A stretch of DNA of 64,000 bases, taken from sequence record OR805294.1. One strand, written 5' to 3'. The position numbers and the translations under genes were made by a program. Positions 37,001-47,296 of the stretch are shown piece by piece. The stretch's first letter is position 1, and each line of letters starts with the position of its first letter. The notes beneath the pieces are model-generated. The model ran no database searches, was not told the origin of the DNA, and saw only the letters and a program-made list of their open reading frames with translations.

Positions 37001-38057
37001 TAGGAATAGTACCGAAATTTCCATCAGAGAATTTAACAGAAATTTGATCATTAACTCTAGAAACTACTTCAAATATATTTCTTATACCTAAGTTAATACT
37101 ATTATAAATTATATTTGTTCCGCCAGAAACGTTAGGTACCTTAGTCCATTTTTCTTCAACAGTTCCAATTTCGTTAATCTCTTGGACCCACACATCAGTT
37201 TCGTTTATATTTCTATCATTTATATCTATAATTCTATTTTGAACAGGAAAATCGAATGCAAAATCTTTAAATGCAAGAGTACCTTGTTTAAATTGCAAAA
37301 AGAAACCTGTGTTTGCAGAATCTAACCCCTGACCATCGTTCCTGTATATAACATGAAACGCATCGTCTGGATCGGGTTGTCTTTCCGTAAATGTTTCGTC
37401 AAAATCTGAGTTAACTACTTCAAACGGTAAGGCGACATTATTGACAACTATCGGTATAGGAAATGCAACGTTTACCCTTTTTACGTTGTTTAATTGATAT
37501 AAGCTAGTAGGTATATTACCTACTGTTCCACTTTTAAATGGTCTACCAAATGGATTAGTAGAAGCGAATGCCGCATTTAATATAGTTATAAACTTGTCAT
37601 AACTATCTATATCGTTGGGATCATTCCAAAATACAGTTCTATTATTTAAATTCCTTTCTTGAGAATCTGTAACTGGTTCCGACGTTTGCACACCTATTAA
37701 TTTAAATAACCCTTTAGCAGGTATATTTCGTTTAGGTTGATAGTTTATCATTCTAGCTAAACGTATAATGCTATCCCTACGCTCAGCAGTATCCATAAAG
37801 TTTTCTCTAGAATTTAAATCCATTCTGAATGCAAGACTAGTTCCTAGATATGCAAGCAATTCAATAATAGCAATAAATTCAGAGCTTTCTATGTAATCAT
37901 TAAAATCTTCAGGATAATGAATTTGAACATAATTAACTAACGCAGTCTTTAAGGAATCAAAATCATATGCTTTGAAATCGACGTCCTTGAAACTTTTATA
38001 TATTTTTCTATAATCTTCCGCTGCGAACAGATTAGATTGTCTTACGTCTTGTGACAT
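34098..38057 (-). CDS. gp6: Baseplate wedge protein, T4 gp6-like (1319 aa)
   Basis: DFDSLKxAL...DF.D...SSE...IIELLAY...RENFMDTAERRDS; QDRMVxxEDY; follows gp25. Confidence 0.85.
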   Translation of the reverse strand: MSQDVRQSNLFAAEDYRKIYKSFKDVDFKAYDFDSLKTALVNYVQIHYPEDFNDYIESSEFIAIIELLAYLGTSLAFRMDLNSRENFMDTAERRDSIIRLARMINYQPKRNIPAKGLFKLIGVQTSEPVTDSQERNLNNRTVFWNDPNDIDSYDKFITILNAAFASTNPFGRPFKSGTVGNIPTSLYQLNNVKRVNVAFPIPIVVNNVALPFEVVNSDFDETFTERQPDPDDAFHVIYRNDGQGLDSANTGFFLQFKQGTLAFKDFAFDFPVQNRIIDINDRNINETDVWVQEINEIGTVEEKWTKVPNVSGGTNIIYNSINLGIRNIFEVVSRVNDQISVKFSDGNFGTIPTGTFRVWYRVSSNTTFTLRPEEASGMELVIPYIGADSQQYDLRLIFSLEQTISNSSPTETNDEIKTRAPQVYYTQDRMVNNEDYNVFPLTQGSSIAKVHAINRTHSGHSRYIDINDPTGFHQNLNIFGEDGSIYNQSTVPSTTVAMGDKLVSENIVVRNNLQTFIRNQDLINFYWNNYLSEYIRYRQNPTPNPINTSIVRPGVPNIFRYTSTQAKWVTYPSSDATNTGYLVKGSTNYIYPTNYNNRPEGEFRFLSVGSKIKFTNGTEYKEVTVKSITNPVSQGDATTDNEFIATRLNASLFVFDIEIPANWYVDSVYPRYKTTFDTEETTDIANQLFRRNEFGLKYDIDVDPEGSWFIVLGVPTTNLDNFEFDLSLSQPAVRKDWMLVLTYSTETDNYTFLSRGTKFIFETNGTVEFYYDTDETEFDINTGSAQRDEIEILGINTGPTIVENWQFIGNGQWRLVNGIVSLTYPDNKIILKYRDTLPKEIQYWQNGILLPGALPTGAASAGVLDAEYVGQQVNDIIRIFYSNQGQLGNSIVWNSFQTFIESDGYSDPRKIVVVPADRDRDGIPDNTFIFEQFVSPTDLVFHEKTTDYDGYEYNRLWQASWLDLRQQNPNSLDFNYNDVVARDLVLIASAAESSFKSLLRTKVLEAIYSDNYNSNNSVDGTTIFIERIENDGINIVTQNLDSPGSRIFETIRINNGNNQTINEITGITAAKANSSSLAQFMTLTASYAVLSYVFDDDHSVSNGRGYTQNEDSQFYPLHYKWKHYAPSDNRIDPSISNIVDMVTLTQSYYDDILKWKNQNLPIERFPESPTTEELRIQFGDLSTYKMLSDQIVFQPARFKVLFGQQAREEYKCTFKVVKVGSTTLTDNEIKSKVVSAIDEYFNINNWDFGESFYYTELAAYIHQTLAGVIGSVVIVPIEQTSKFGNLFQIRAESDELFISTATVANVEIVNNLTEMNMRI

Positions 38058-38071
38058 GAATTAATTCCTAC

Positions 38072-38464
38072 TTATAATCTATCTATGTTAGAACTATTTT
38101 CTTGAGTAAAAATAGCAATAAGCCTTTCTGGGGTTTGGTATGGCAAAAATGTAAGTAATACTTCTATTCTTATTCCGTTGTGAAGTTGTATTACTTTTAT
38201 ATCGTCATCGCTATTTAATTGAACTCTCGGGTCAGAACCAATTACGTCCTTGACATCATCTACAACTATTCCTACTGTATATTCGTCTAGGGGATCCATT
38301 ACATAGTCGTGTATGATACTTCCAAATTCGGGTAACATAACTCGTTCGCCCTTTCTTGTATAGAAATGATTCATTAAATCTACTTTAACTAAATCTATGT
38401 CATTTACTTGATACGGTGGCCTAACTTTACCTACCGTAGAAAATCCAATAAACACTTTTGCCAC
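38072..38464 (-). CDS. gp25: Baseplate wedge protein, gp25-like
   Basis: L.NHFYTRKGERVMLPEFGS...DPRV motif. Confidence 0.9.
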   Translation of the reverse strand: MAKVFIGFSTVGKVRPPYQVNDIDLVKVDLMNHFYTRKGERVMLPEFGSIIHDYVMDPLDEYTVGIVVDDVKDVIGSDPRVQLNSDDDIKVIQLHNGIRIEVLLTFLPYQTPERLIAIFTQENSSNIDRL

Positions 38465-38487
38465 TTTATTATTCCTGTTTATTTCAA

Positions 38488-38495
38488 TATTTATC
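38488..38495 (-). promoter_or_regulatory. Late promoter (GATAAATA)
   Basis: About 24 nt upstream of the gp25 start. Confidence 0.65.
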
Positions 38496-38519
38496 TGGAT
38501 ATTTTTCTACATACTTAAC

Positions 38520-38548
38520 TTGACGGATAACAGTAAAATTAGTATACT
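38520..38548 (+). promoter_or_regulatory. sigma70-type promoter
   Basis: TTGACG-17-TATACT. Confidence 0.75.
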
Positions 38549-38600
38549 GTGTGCATGTTAAGTAATTCCGCTTAACAGTAACCAAGCTAAGAAAAAGAAA

Positions 38601-38843
38601 ATGGCAAAAGAAAAAGTAACTTTCCCTATCTATAAATTCAACCGCATTGCAGAAATGGCTGACAAATATAATTCTAAAACTAAGACACAACGGTTTCAAG
38701 TTATGTCTAAGTTTAAAGGAACTCAGCTCATAGAAGTTGGACTGTACGATACTAAAGATAAGAAATATGTACTAGTAGATACACGCCATTATACAATGGA
38801 TGATTGTATAAAAGAAATGGAATCTATGATTTCAGGAAAGTAA
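38601..38843 (+). CDS. Small hypothetical protein (80 aa), antisense insertion in the baseplate operon
   Basis: Promoter upstream; hairpin AGGGGGTTA/TAACCCCCT at ~38858-38881 downstream. Confidence 0.75.
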   Translation: MAKEKVTFPIYKFNRIAEMADKYNSKTKTQRFQVMSKFKGTQLIEVGLYDTKDKKYVLVDTRHYTMDDCIKEMESMISGK

Positions 38844-38887
38844 CTTAAACAGAAGGGAGGGGGTTAAGTAACTAACCCCCTATTTTT

Positions 38888-39172
38888 ATGCCCGGAAAAT
38901 TAAAGTATCATAATAGCTATGACTTTATATACGGCGTCTATGTTATCGCAAAAGATTCCCACAAAGGACAATATGTATGCATAGCTTTATCCGAAGACTT
39001 AGACGAAGAATATATATTTAATGAAATCAATTTTTATAGTGTACGCTATATAAAAGATAATTTCTACGATGTATATTGCAAATTCGATTTATTTACTTTT
39101 GCTAGAATGTTGGCAACACATTTAGAATTATTGTACGACAGAAGATACAATTATTTTAATGACGATTTATAA
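38888..39172 (+). CDS. Small hypothetical protein (94 aa)
   Basis: Fills the gap up to the gp5-like stop. Confidence 0.6.
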   Translation: MPGKLKYHNSYDFIYGVYVIAKDSHKGQYVCIALSEDLDEEYIFNEINFYSVRYIKDNFYDVYCKFDLFTFARMLATHLELLYDRRYNYFNDDL

Positions 39173-39179
39173 AGGAGCA

Positions 39180-40613
39180 TTATGCTCCTTTATTTTTGTG
39201 CTCAGGGCACGGTTCGAATGTATTAAATCTAGATACTATAGTAGTTACTCCTGGCTGAGACATTCTATTATATCTATTTGCATCACTAAACTCAGGCAAT
39301 ATATTAGTTTTGCCATTAGTAGTAGGTGTACTTGCTTCAGTAGGAGAATCAGGCGCAGGCGGCTGCGGACCGTTCATATGTATATTAGCACCTAACTCGA
39401 TAATATCCCCGCCTGCACTTAACCCATATGTTCCGTTAGTAGCAGTTGCTATCTGTCCTGCAGCTTGTAAATTATAATTAGAACCTGCTTTTAAAGATAT
39501 ATCAACTCCGGCAGTGTTATGCAAACTGCCTCCTAATTGGTTTAGTAATGTATCTTTTTGTGATTGAATATTTAAATTATTATTAGCTTGTATAAATATA
39601 TCTCCACCTTGACCTGTTAGTTCCGGTGCTATGCCTCCGGTAGAAACAGTAGTATAGTCTTTAGATGCTTTAATGTTTATATTTCTTCCTGCCTCTATAT
39701 TAATATCTCTATCTGCTCGTATATTAAAATCTTCCATAAAACGTAAAGATCCGGATTTTGCACCAAATACATCTACGTTGCCCGAGTTATCTAATTCTAT
39801 CCAAGCAGTGCCCAATTTATTAATTATATAAATTATTCCATTAGTTTCATCTAATCTTATTTGAGCACCAGATCTAGTTCTTAATGTGATATGTTCAGAT
39901 GTGGGTGCATCATCCATAACGAACTGATGACCGCCATGCCTTCTTGCATTTGCACCGTCTATCACTGGACCCGGGGTAAGAATACCGAATACCTGACTAG
40001 GTGCTTCCCTGCGTGCAGATGATGAAGATACACCCCGTATATTATCGTTAATAAGCCCTTGCGTTTTTAATCCTTGGGCAAGACTAGCAACAGGTTTATT
40101 AATAGTTTGTGCATTTACTTTTTCTAGTGTGTTTTTATTATATTCGCCTACAGGTAGAGATTTGCCTGCTGTCTCATAATTATTAACACTGCCAGCAACT
40201 GCAGGAATCATATGATTCATCTGTTGTTGCCATATACATCCAAACCAAAATCCCTTTGCAGGGTCGCCATTAGCAAACATTACAGCTACCTGATTTTCAA
40301 GATCCGGCGGAACTGCCCACATACCGTAAGATGTTTGTGTTTCGTGGAATGCAGATACATCTTGTGAGCCGCCGATTGTCATAGGATTAGTTGCGCCAGC
40401 AAATGGCGAACAGTATCCAACTAACAACCAACCAGATTCATCGCTCGGATCAGTACCGAATTCCGGTACCCAAACCCTAAGTCTTCCCATTCTGTTGCTA
40501 TCGACATTATCTTTGACAAACCCAATATACATTCCGTAATATTTTTGTGCTCTGCCTGTCGGTGTTTTGCTAGCAGACGGATTTACACCTACTGTTCTAG
40601 AATATGTACTCAT
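39180..40613 (-). CDS. Baseplate central spike/hub, gp5/VgrG-like OB-fold protein (477 aa)
   Basis: GxVKDNVD...GRLRVWVP...PFAG...GMWAVPPD...V.V.FANGD; GGHQFVMDD beta-helix. Confidence 0.85.
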   Translation of the reverse strand: MSTYSRTVGVNPSASKTPTGRAQKYYGMYIGFVKDNVDSNRMGRLRVWVPEFGTDPSDESGWLLVGYCSPFAGATNPMTIGGSQDVSAFHETQTSYGMWAVPPDLENQVAVMFANGDPAKGFWFGCIWQQQMNHMIPAVAGSVNNYETAGKSLPVGEYNKNTLEKVNAQTINKPVASLAQGLKTQGLINDNIRGVSSSSARREAPSQVFGILTPGPVIDGANARRHGGHQFVMDDAPTSEHITLRTRSGAQIRLDETNGIIYIINKLGTAWIELDNSGNVDVFGAKSGSLRFMEDFNIRADRDINIEAGRNINIKASKDYTTVSTGGIAPELTGQGGDIFIQANNNLNIQSQKDTLLNQLGGSLHNTAGVDISLKAGSNYNLQAAGQIATATNGTYGLSAGGDIIELGANIHMNGPQPPAPDSPTEASTPTTNGKTNILPEFSDANRYNRMSQPGVTTIVSRFNTFEPCPEHKNKGA

Positions 40614-42637
40614 TATTGATTAAACCTTTGGATGTCTATGTCTGTTATATCAGTTAATTTATCTCTTACTGCTTGCAATTCTTGGCGGAATATGCCTTTG
40701 GAAAAAACATGCTTCACTACTATAACTTGATATATGCCATTTATAATAGTATTTTGTTTCATAGAAGATGTTACTGTTCCTTCTATATAATTTAAATTAG
40801 GAGTCTGACTAGTAAACAAAAAGAATACCTGAGACGAAGTAGGATTAACATAAGATGTATTTGTACTGTTTATCCTATCTTCTACTGTACTTATTTTATT
40901 AGTTGTGGGCGGACCTAGCCAATAAGGATCTCCTTTTATAGATAAATCTATTTTAAGCAATTCGGCATTATCATCATACATTATTTGAGAAAATAATGAA
41001 GATAAAAAAGATTTACCTGCATGATAGTTGTCTTCTACACCTATATCATCATTTGAAGTATCTGGGGTTTCTATAGTTGTAATAGGAAGTTTACTTAATG
41101 AATCTGCAGTAGCATCTTCTATAAATTGTATGGCATTTTGCCTTACTTCAGTTTCTTGATCTGTGTCGGGATCTGCATTTGTATTTTCTCTAATCCTTGC
41201 TTGCCTTCCTTTTGACACTAGAGACGATTGTTCTGTATTTGTATCTACAGTAGATACATTTCTAGGATCCTGGCGATCTGTACCAGGAGTAACTGTTGAA
41301 TTAAATTTGCTTTTCACAGATGCACTTGTTGACATCTTCTGTTTTAATAATAACTGATCAGGAGACATTCTTCTACCTGGATCAACAGATGTATAAGTAT
41401 CTACTGTTCCTGTTTGTCTAGGTAGCGTAGCATACCACATGAAATTAAATTTCAAATTAAAATCTAATATTTGATCATTTAATCCAGTAAATAGATAATT
41501 ATAATGCTTTCTTAGTACACTTCTGCCTAAATATTCATTAAATCTGTTTTCTGAAGACTCGGGTGTAACTCTAGATTCATCCTTCGATGCAACTATTGTC
41601 ATTGTATCGTACGGTACGATAACATACCTAAAATTCCTAGCATAATCCCCTCTTCCTGGGTCATATTCTAGCGTGTCTACTTGAGACAAAACCCTATATA
41701 ATTTTTTAACCATAGACCTATTTGGATCTGGATTAAATTGGGGGTGAGCCGGAACATCCGAACCTGCAATTTCCTTTTCAATAACTTCTGTAGAATTTAT
41801 TATAGTTTCAATTATATACTGAATACTAGTATTATCATAAAATTGAACAGTAGTTACTGAGTTATCATCCACTACATAGTCAGATAGTCTGTCAATTGTT
41901 TGGTCGGAATTAGATATTTTTAACGGAGCATTTATTAATCTCTCATCCGAAATTATTATTTCGTACTTATCTGGCTTCAATTGTTTATTAGATGCTCGCT
42001 GTGGCTGTCTATCATTGAGTGATTGTTTTAATTTTTCTAACATTTCGCCTACAGTTTTGCCAGAAAGAGATATACCTTGTTGCATATCGCCGTATTGGTT
42101 TGTATATCCTAGTTCACTGTATACTGCTCCTACAAAATCATAAGTTGTACCCGATCCTGTAACAACCATATCCATTTTAGTTATAGTAATAGGAAATACC
42201 CATTTTGCCTTCATAACAGACGGCAACGAAGAAGTTGTTGTTCTACCTTTAAAAGTCAATTCCATAAAATATGGTGCTTTTAAGTAATTATCTATACCTA
42301 AACTAACAGCAGATGCATATAACTGATCTAACATACTACTGCCATGAGGTTCTTGAATTTTAAAAGATAATGTTGTAGACTCACCCGTGCCAGTTTCTAC
42401 TGTCATTCCGGGAACAGTTGTTAATATGAAGTCATCTATACCTAATCCAGTAACACCCGATTCTGCAATTGTTATTTGCCTGGACCTGTCTAATACATTA
42501 TTGTTTACTATATCTTCTATAGAGCACATATATAGTCGCAAATGATAAGTAGTGCTAGTTATAGAATCTAATGGATTAGGTAAAAACGGATACATATTTG
42601 TATCCGTATTAGTAGGAGTAGGTTTGTTTAATGACAT
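40613..42637 (-). CDS. Baseplate hub protein (gp27/gpD-like, 674 aa)
   Basis: Between LysM and spike genes; DLSIKGDPYWL and GIYQVIVVKHVFSKGIFRQEL. Confidence 0.7.
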   Translation of the reverse strand: MSLNKPTPTNTDTNMYPFLPNPLDSITSTTYHLRLYMCSIEDIVNNNVLDRSRQITIAESGVTGLGIDDFILTTVPGMTVETGTGESTTLSFKIQEPHGSSMLDQLYASAVSLGIDNYLKAPYFMELTFKGRTTTSSLPSVMKAKWVFPITITKMDMVVTGSGTTYDFVGAVYSELGYTNQYGDMQQGISLSGKTVGEMLEKLKQSLNDRQPQRASNKQLKPDKYEIIISDERLINAPLKISNSDQTIDRLSDYVVDDNSVTTVQFYDNTSIQYIIETIINSTEVIEKEIAGSDVPAHPQFNPDPNRSMVKKLYRVLSQVDTLEYDPGRGDYARNFRYVIVPYDTMTIVASKDESRVTPESSENRFNEYLGRSVLRKHYNYLFTGLNDQILDFNLKFNFMWYATLPRQTGTVDTYTSVDPGRRMSPDQLLLKQKMSTSASVKSKFNSTVTPGTDRQDPRNVSTVDTNTEQSSLVSKGRQARIRENTNADPDTDQETEVRQNAIQFIEDATADSLSKLPITTIETPDTSNDDIGVEDNYHAGKSFLSSLFSQIMYDDNAELLKIDLSIKGDPYWLGPPTTNKISTVEDRINSTNTSYVNPTSSQVFFLFTSQTPNLNYIEGTVTSSMKQNTIINGIYQVIVVKHVFSKGIFRQELQAVRDKLTDITDIDIQRFNQ

Positions 42638-42936
42638 TAAATTATACCTTCTAACGATTCTATAGTGGGTGCATATATAGATTTTCCAGCAGTAAAATCG
42701 TATATAGGATCGATTAATTCATCCATATTTCTTACCGCAAATACCCACCAAAGTTCTTCTGTTCCGTATAAATCATACGAAAGCAAATCAGGTCTTTGAT
42801 CATATTTAGGTGCAATAACAATTAATTCATCAGTTATATTAGGTAATATTTTCCTAGGAACCCATAAATCTAAATAAAAATCTTTTATAGGTGTATCATA
42901 ATATCGGCTTTTCGTAGAAGAAATGTTATTTGCCAT
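42637..42936 (-). CDS. LysM/gp53-like baseplate protein
   Basis: YDQRPDLLSYDLYGTEELWWVFAVRN motif. Confidence 0.85.
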   Translation of the reverse strand: MANNISSTKSRYYDTPIKDFYLDLWVPRKILPNITDELIVIAPKYDQRPDLLSYDLYGTEELWWVFAVRNMDELIDPIYDFTAGKSIYAPTIESLEGII

Positions 42937-43571
42937 TATATAAATCCTTTATTATTCTTCAGTAACTCACCTGTCCTAAATTTACTTAGATCAAATGTCT
43001 GCCTAACTTCTTGTGGATTATATTGAGGTTCTAACGTTATCGTCATAGTTAATTGAGTAGGAACATCTGTATTTTCACTTATGTTGTTAAATCTTACAGG
43101 GACATAATCTACTTTGTTGTCTAAAATAATACTGAAATTTTTAACAACCACTGGTACATTTTTGAACATGTATGTTCCTAAGTAATTAAATGATAAAATA
43201 GGCGGCGGCGTACCTGCTCTTACTAAATCTGTTTGTCCGAAGTAATTTTTTGTTACTGTTCGCATAAAATGCATTGCTGCTAATGTATATCTTGCCTCTA
43301 CATCTGTTTGTGATGTAAATATTGCTTCTACTGATATAGGCTGAGGTGCAGATTTAACATATGCAAGGTATTTGTAGTTAGTATGAGTAAAATGAAAGGA
43401 TTCATCGTATTCTGCATCTGCTGCTAATGTAACTATCGGTCTGAACGGAAATATCAAACCGCCTGTCTTTTTTAGAGGTGCAAGAATGTTAACAAGCTGG
43501 TCGTTACTTTCTCCAAATAAATCATTTGCAGCTAACGCATTCTTTGGTTTTAAAATTGCTCTACTATCCAC
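42936..43571 (-). CDS. Tail tube initiator/baseplate protein (gp48/gp54-like)
   Basis: GLIFPFRP...FTHTNY...PPPILSFNYLG...NVPVVV; first gene of the operon. Confidence 0.65.
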   Translation of the reverse strand: MDSRAILKPKNALAANDLFGESNDQLVNILAPLKKTGGLIFPFRPIVTLAADAEYDESFHFTHTNYKYLAYVKSAPQPISVEAIFTSQTDVEARYTLAAMHFMRTVTKNYFGQTDLVRAGTPPPILSFNYLGTYMFKNVPVVVKNFSIILDNKVDYVPVRFNNISENTDVPTQLTMTITLEPQYNPQEVRQTFDLSKFRTGELLKNNKGFI

Positions 43572-43591
43572 GATATATAATCTCTTTTATA

Positions 43592-43599
43592 TATTTATC
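43592..43599 (-). promoter_or_regulatory. Late promoter (GATAAATA)
   Basis: About 20 nt upstream of the operon's first gene. Confidence 0.7.
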
Positions 43600-43673
43600 A
43601 GTAGGTTTATATGCTAATATTTGACTTTGAAAATATTTTGTTGTAAAATAATAATAAAAAGCATGGATGCACA

Positions 43674-44516
43674 ATGAATACAAAAATTGTAGTTAATTAT
43701 ATTAATAATAAAGAAATGTTAAAGGAAATACATCGTAGTAAAAATTCATTCTGCGAATATATTTCCCCAGAGTATAAAGATTACGATATTATCTTTACTT
43801 CAAAAGAAGACTGTCTGAAACAAGAAAATATAAACGCAGCAATACTTAAACGAGCAGAGCGTTTAACTCAAGTACAGATAGATGAATATGCATTAAGAAC
43901 AAATACTAGTTCTAAAAAAGCAAAAGCATCTATAACCCAAGTAGATCCTGCAACAATAAATAAACATGATGTTGTTTTTCGTGTTATCACATACGAACAT
44001 ATTCCAGAAGATCATGATAGGAAAAAGACAAAAAAATCAATTAAAGACTATCATGTTAAGTTAAATTTTACTCCTTTTAAGCATTTTATTATAGACGAAA
44101 ATAATAACTTAGTAGAAGTAGGCAGAAGCCACAGCAAAAAAGGAGAGTTTTGCTTAACTGGAGGATCTATATCAGATAGATTAGCAAAAATGTTTATGTT
44201 GTTAATTGACAAATTCGGTCAAAAAAGCAACTGGCGTGGATATTCATATCTAGATGAAATGAAGGGACAAGCTTTACTTCAGTTAGCGTCTATGGGGTTG
44301 CAATTCGACGAACATTTAAGTGATAATCCCTTTGCATATTACACTTCGTCTATAAACAATTCTTTTACTAGGGTATTCAACATAGAAAAACGTAATCAAA
44401 TAATCAGGGATGATTTATTACAAAATATGGGACAAAATCCTAGCCTTACTAGACAATTAGAACACGATGAGCAAATTCGGTTGCTCAGAGAATTAAATGA
44501 TTCTAAAGATGATTAA
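43674..44516 (+). CDS. gp55: Late-transcription sigma factor, T4 gp55-like
   Basis: YINNKEML; NWRGYSYLDEM; NPFAYYT...NSF.R....EK; TTGACT-17-TAAAAT promoter at 43621. Confidence 0.85.
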   Translation: MNTKIVVNYINNKEMLKEIHRSKNSFCEYISPEYKDYDIIFTSKEDCLKQENINAAILKRAERLTQVQIDEYALRTNTSSKKAKASITQVDPATINKHDVVFRVITYEHIPEDHDRKKTKKSIKDYHVKLNFTPFKHFIIDENNNLVEVGRSHSKKGEFCLTGGSISDRLAKMFMLLIDKFGQKSNWRGYSYLDEMKGQALLQLASMGLQFDEHLSDNPFAYYTSSINNSFTRVFNIEKRNQIIRDDLLQNMGQNPSLTRQLEHDEQIRLLRELNDSKDD

Positions 44517-44527
44517 AAGGATTTAAA

Positions 44528-45541
44528 GTGGGTAATTTATTTAAGAAAGTTGCATGTTTTAGTGATATTCACTTCGGATTGCATCATAACTCTAAAATTC
44601 ACAATCAAGACTGTGAAGATTTCATTAAGTGGTTTTGTAAAACTGCTAAAGAAAAAAATGCAGAAACATGTATATTTTTAGGCGATTGGCATCATACAAG
44701 AAACACCATTAATGTATCTACACTAAACTACACCATGTCTAGTTTAGAACTACTAAACGATACGTTCGAAAAAGTATATTTTATCACTGGCAATCATGAC
44801 CTTATGTATAGAGAAAAAAGAGAAGTACATTCTATTCCGATGGGTCACAAATATCCTAATATAGTTATGATAGAAGATCCGTTCGAACAAGGAGATGTAT
44901 CTATTCTACCGTGGTTAGTAGGAGATGAATGGAAAGACGTTCCTAAAATAAAAGCAAAATATTTGTTTGGGCATTTAGAAATTCCAGGATTTAAACTAAA
45001 TGCAATGGTAGAAATGCCCGATGTAGGAGAAATAAAATCCGAACATTTTGTTAATCAAACATATGTATTTTCTGGACATTTTCATAAGAGACAAGTAAAT
45101 GGAAAAATTAATTATATCGGCAATCCATTTGGTCACAACTATTCTGATGTATGGGATTTTGATAGGGGTGCAATGTTTTTAGAATGGGGAGGGGAGCCTG
45201 AATATGTTAATTACGAAGACGGACCTAGATTCATATCCACTACATTGAAACAAATACTAGAAAATCCAGATTATTATCTTAAGCCAAAAACTCACGTAAA
45301 AGCAACTATAGATGTAGATATAACATACGAAGAAGCCAATTTCTTACGTGAAACATTCTTGTCTTCATATAAAGTTAGAGAATTTAAATTATTACAGTCT
45401 AAATATAGCGAACACGAAATAGAAAGTGATACTGAAACTGAATTCGAAACTGTAGATGAAATTGTTATTTCCGAACTAACTAATATCCAAAGTGATAACT
45501 TTGATAAAAACATACTTATAAGCATTTACACAAACCTATAA
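44528..45541 (+). CDS. gp47: Recombination endonuclease subunit (Mre11/SbcD-like)
   Basis: DIHFG, GDWHH, GNHD, GHLE, SGHFH metallophosphoesterase motifs. Confidence 0.95.
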   Translation: MGNLFKKVACFSDIHFGLHHNSKIHNQDCEDFIKWFCKTAKEKNAETCIFLGDWHHTRNTINVSTLNYTMSSLELLNDTFEKVYFITGNHDLMYREKREVHSIPMGHKYPNIVMIEDPFEQGDVSILPWLVGDEWKDVPKIKAKYLFGHLEIPGFKLNAMVEMPDVGEIKSEHFVNQTYVFSGHFHKRQVNGKINYIGNPFGHNYSDVWDFDRGAMFLEWGGEPEYVNYEDGPRFISTTLKQILENPDYYLKPKTHVKATIDVDITYEEANFLRETFLSSYKVREFKLLQSKYSEHEIESDTETEFETVDEIVISELTNIQSDNFDKNILISIYTNL

Positions 45542-47295
45542 TGTTAAAATTTAAATCTATATCAATGCGAAATTTTATGTCTGTCGGTAATAATACACAG
45601 ACTATATTGCTAGACGAAAACGATCTAACATTAGTTTTAGGAGAAAATTTAGATCTCGGCGGCAATGACAGTAAAAACGGAACCGGTAAGACTGCAAAAT
45701 TAAATGCACTTTCGTACGCACTCTTTGGTACAGCATTAACTAATATAAGAAAAGAAAATCTAATTAATAAAACAAATGAAAAAAATATGTATGTTAAATT
45801 AGAATTTTCGTTGAATAATAAAGAATACAAAATAGAAAGGGGAAGAAAACCCAATATATTTAAAGTTATAATCAACAACAAAGAATTAGAAACAGACGAA
45901 ACTGACGAAGCGCAAGGCGACAGCAGACAAACACAACTTGCATTAGAAAAGGAATTAGGTTTTAGTCATAATATGTTTAAAAACATAATTGCACTAAACA
46001 CTTATTCCACTCCTTTTCTCTCTATGAAAACTACCGAACAAAGAGAATTAATAGAACAACTGCTAGGCATAACTAAACTAAGTGAAAAAGCAGATATTCT
46101 AAAAAATTTAGTTAAAGATACTAAAGATAGAATTAAAGAAGAAGAATTTAGAATTAAAGCAATCCAAGAAGCAAATAAAAGCATAGAACAAAACATTGCT
46201 TCTATGGAACTTAGAAGCAAAGCCTGGGATAAAAGACATTTAGATACTTTACAAGAATACAGAGAATCGCTAGAGCATCTAAATAAAATAGATATAGATA
46301 CTGAAATAGAAATGCATAAAGTTTTAAAAGAGATTTCTATTAAAGAAAGAGAAAAAAATGATATTTTAAAAGAATATAATATTGTAGAACGAGAAATACA
46401 GTCATTATCTACAACAGTATCTCACCTTTCGTCACAATTACTAAAAACTACAGAACACAACGAATGTCCTACGTGCGGACAAGAATTAAATGATAGTCAT
46501 ACTTCATTAACTGAATCTTTAAAATTAAAGTTAGAATCTGCAACTAATTCACTTAAAGAAAAAGAAAATGAAAAAGAATTAATTTTAAATACATTAAATT
46601 CTATTTTTATACCGGAAAAACCATCTACGTTTTATTCGTCTTTAGATGACGTTTATAATCATAAAACTATGATCAATACACTAGAGCATTCTATAGAAAA
46701 AGAAGAAATGCTAACTAACCCTCACGTAGAAAATGTTTCTATTTTACGGGATAGTATAAAACAAGTGGATTTTGAAACTATTAATACGTTAGTTTCGCTG
46801 CGAGATCATCAAGAATTTTTATTAAAACTGCTAACCTCAAAAGATAGTTTTATAAGAAAAAAGATTATAGATCAAAATTTATCTTATCTAAATACAAGAC
46901 TTGCACACTACTTAATAAAAATAGGATTGCCACACGAAGTAAAATTTATGTCTGACCTAGAAGTTCAGATTACAGAACACGGCAGAGAATTAGATTTTGA
47001 TAATTTAAGTAGAGGTGAACGCACCCGTTTAATTCTTTCACTAAGTTGGGCATTCAGGGATGTATTTGAAAGTCTTAACTATAAAATAAATCTGCTGTAT
47101 ATAGACGAATTAATAGACAATGGATTAGATACCAGAGGTGTAGAATCTGCTCTAAGCATTCTAAAACAAATGTCAAGGGATTCTAGCAGAAAAGTATTTT
47201 TAGTGTCACACAGAGAAGAATTAATTGGACGAGTTGATGTTCAACTAAAAGCAGTAAAAGAAGGTGGATTTACTTCTTATACAATCGAAGGATAA
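45541..47295 (+). CDS. gp46: Recombination ATPase subunit (Rad50/SbcC-like)
   Basis: Walker A NGTGKT, CPTCG zinc hook, LSRGE signature, IDELID. Confidence 0.95.
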   Translation: MLKFKSISMRNFMSVGNNTQTILLDENDLTLVLGENLDLGGNDSKNGTGKTAKLNALSYALFGTALTNIRKENLINKTNEKNMYVKLEFSLNNKEYKIERGRKPNIFKVIINNKELETDETDEAQGDSRQTQLALEKELGFSHNMFKNIIALNTYSTPFLSMKTTEQRELIEQLLGITKLSEKADILKNLVKDTKDRIKEEEFRIKAIQEANKSIEQNIASMELRSKAWDKRHLDTLQEYRESLEHLNKIDIDTEIEMHKVLKEISIKEREKNDILKEYNIVEREIQSLSTTVSHLSSQLLKTTEHNECPTCGQELNDSHTSLTESLKLKLESATNSLKEKENEKELILNTLNSIFIPEKPSTFYSSLDDVYNHKTMINTLEHSIEKEEMLTNPHVENVSILRDSIKQVDFETINTLVSLRDHQEFLLKLLTSKDSFIRKKIIDQNLSYLNTRLAHYLIKIGLPHEVKFMSDLEVQITEHGRELDFDNLSRGERTRLILSLSWAFRDVFESLNYKINLLYIDELIDNGLDTRGVESALSILKQMSRDSSRKVFLVSHREELIGRVDVQLKAVKEGGFTSYTIEG

Positions 47296-47296
47296 T

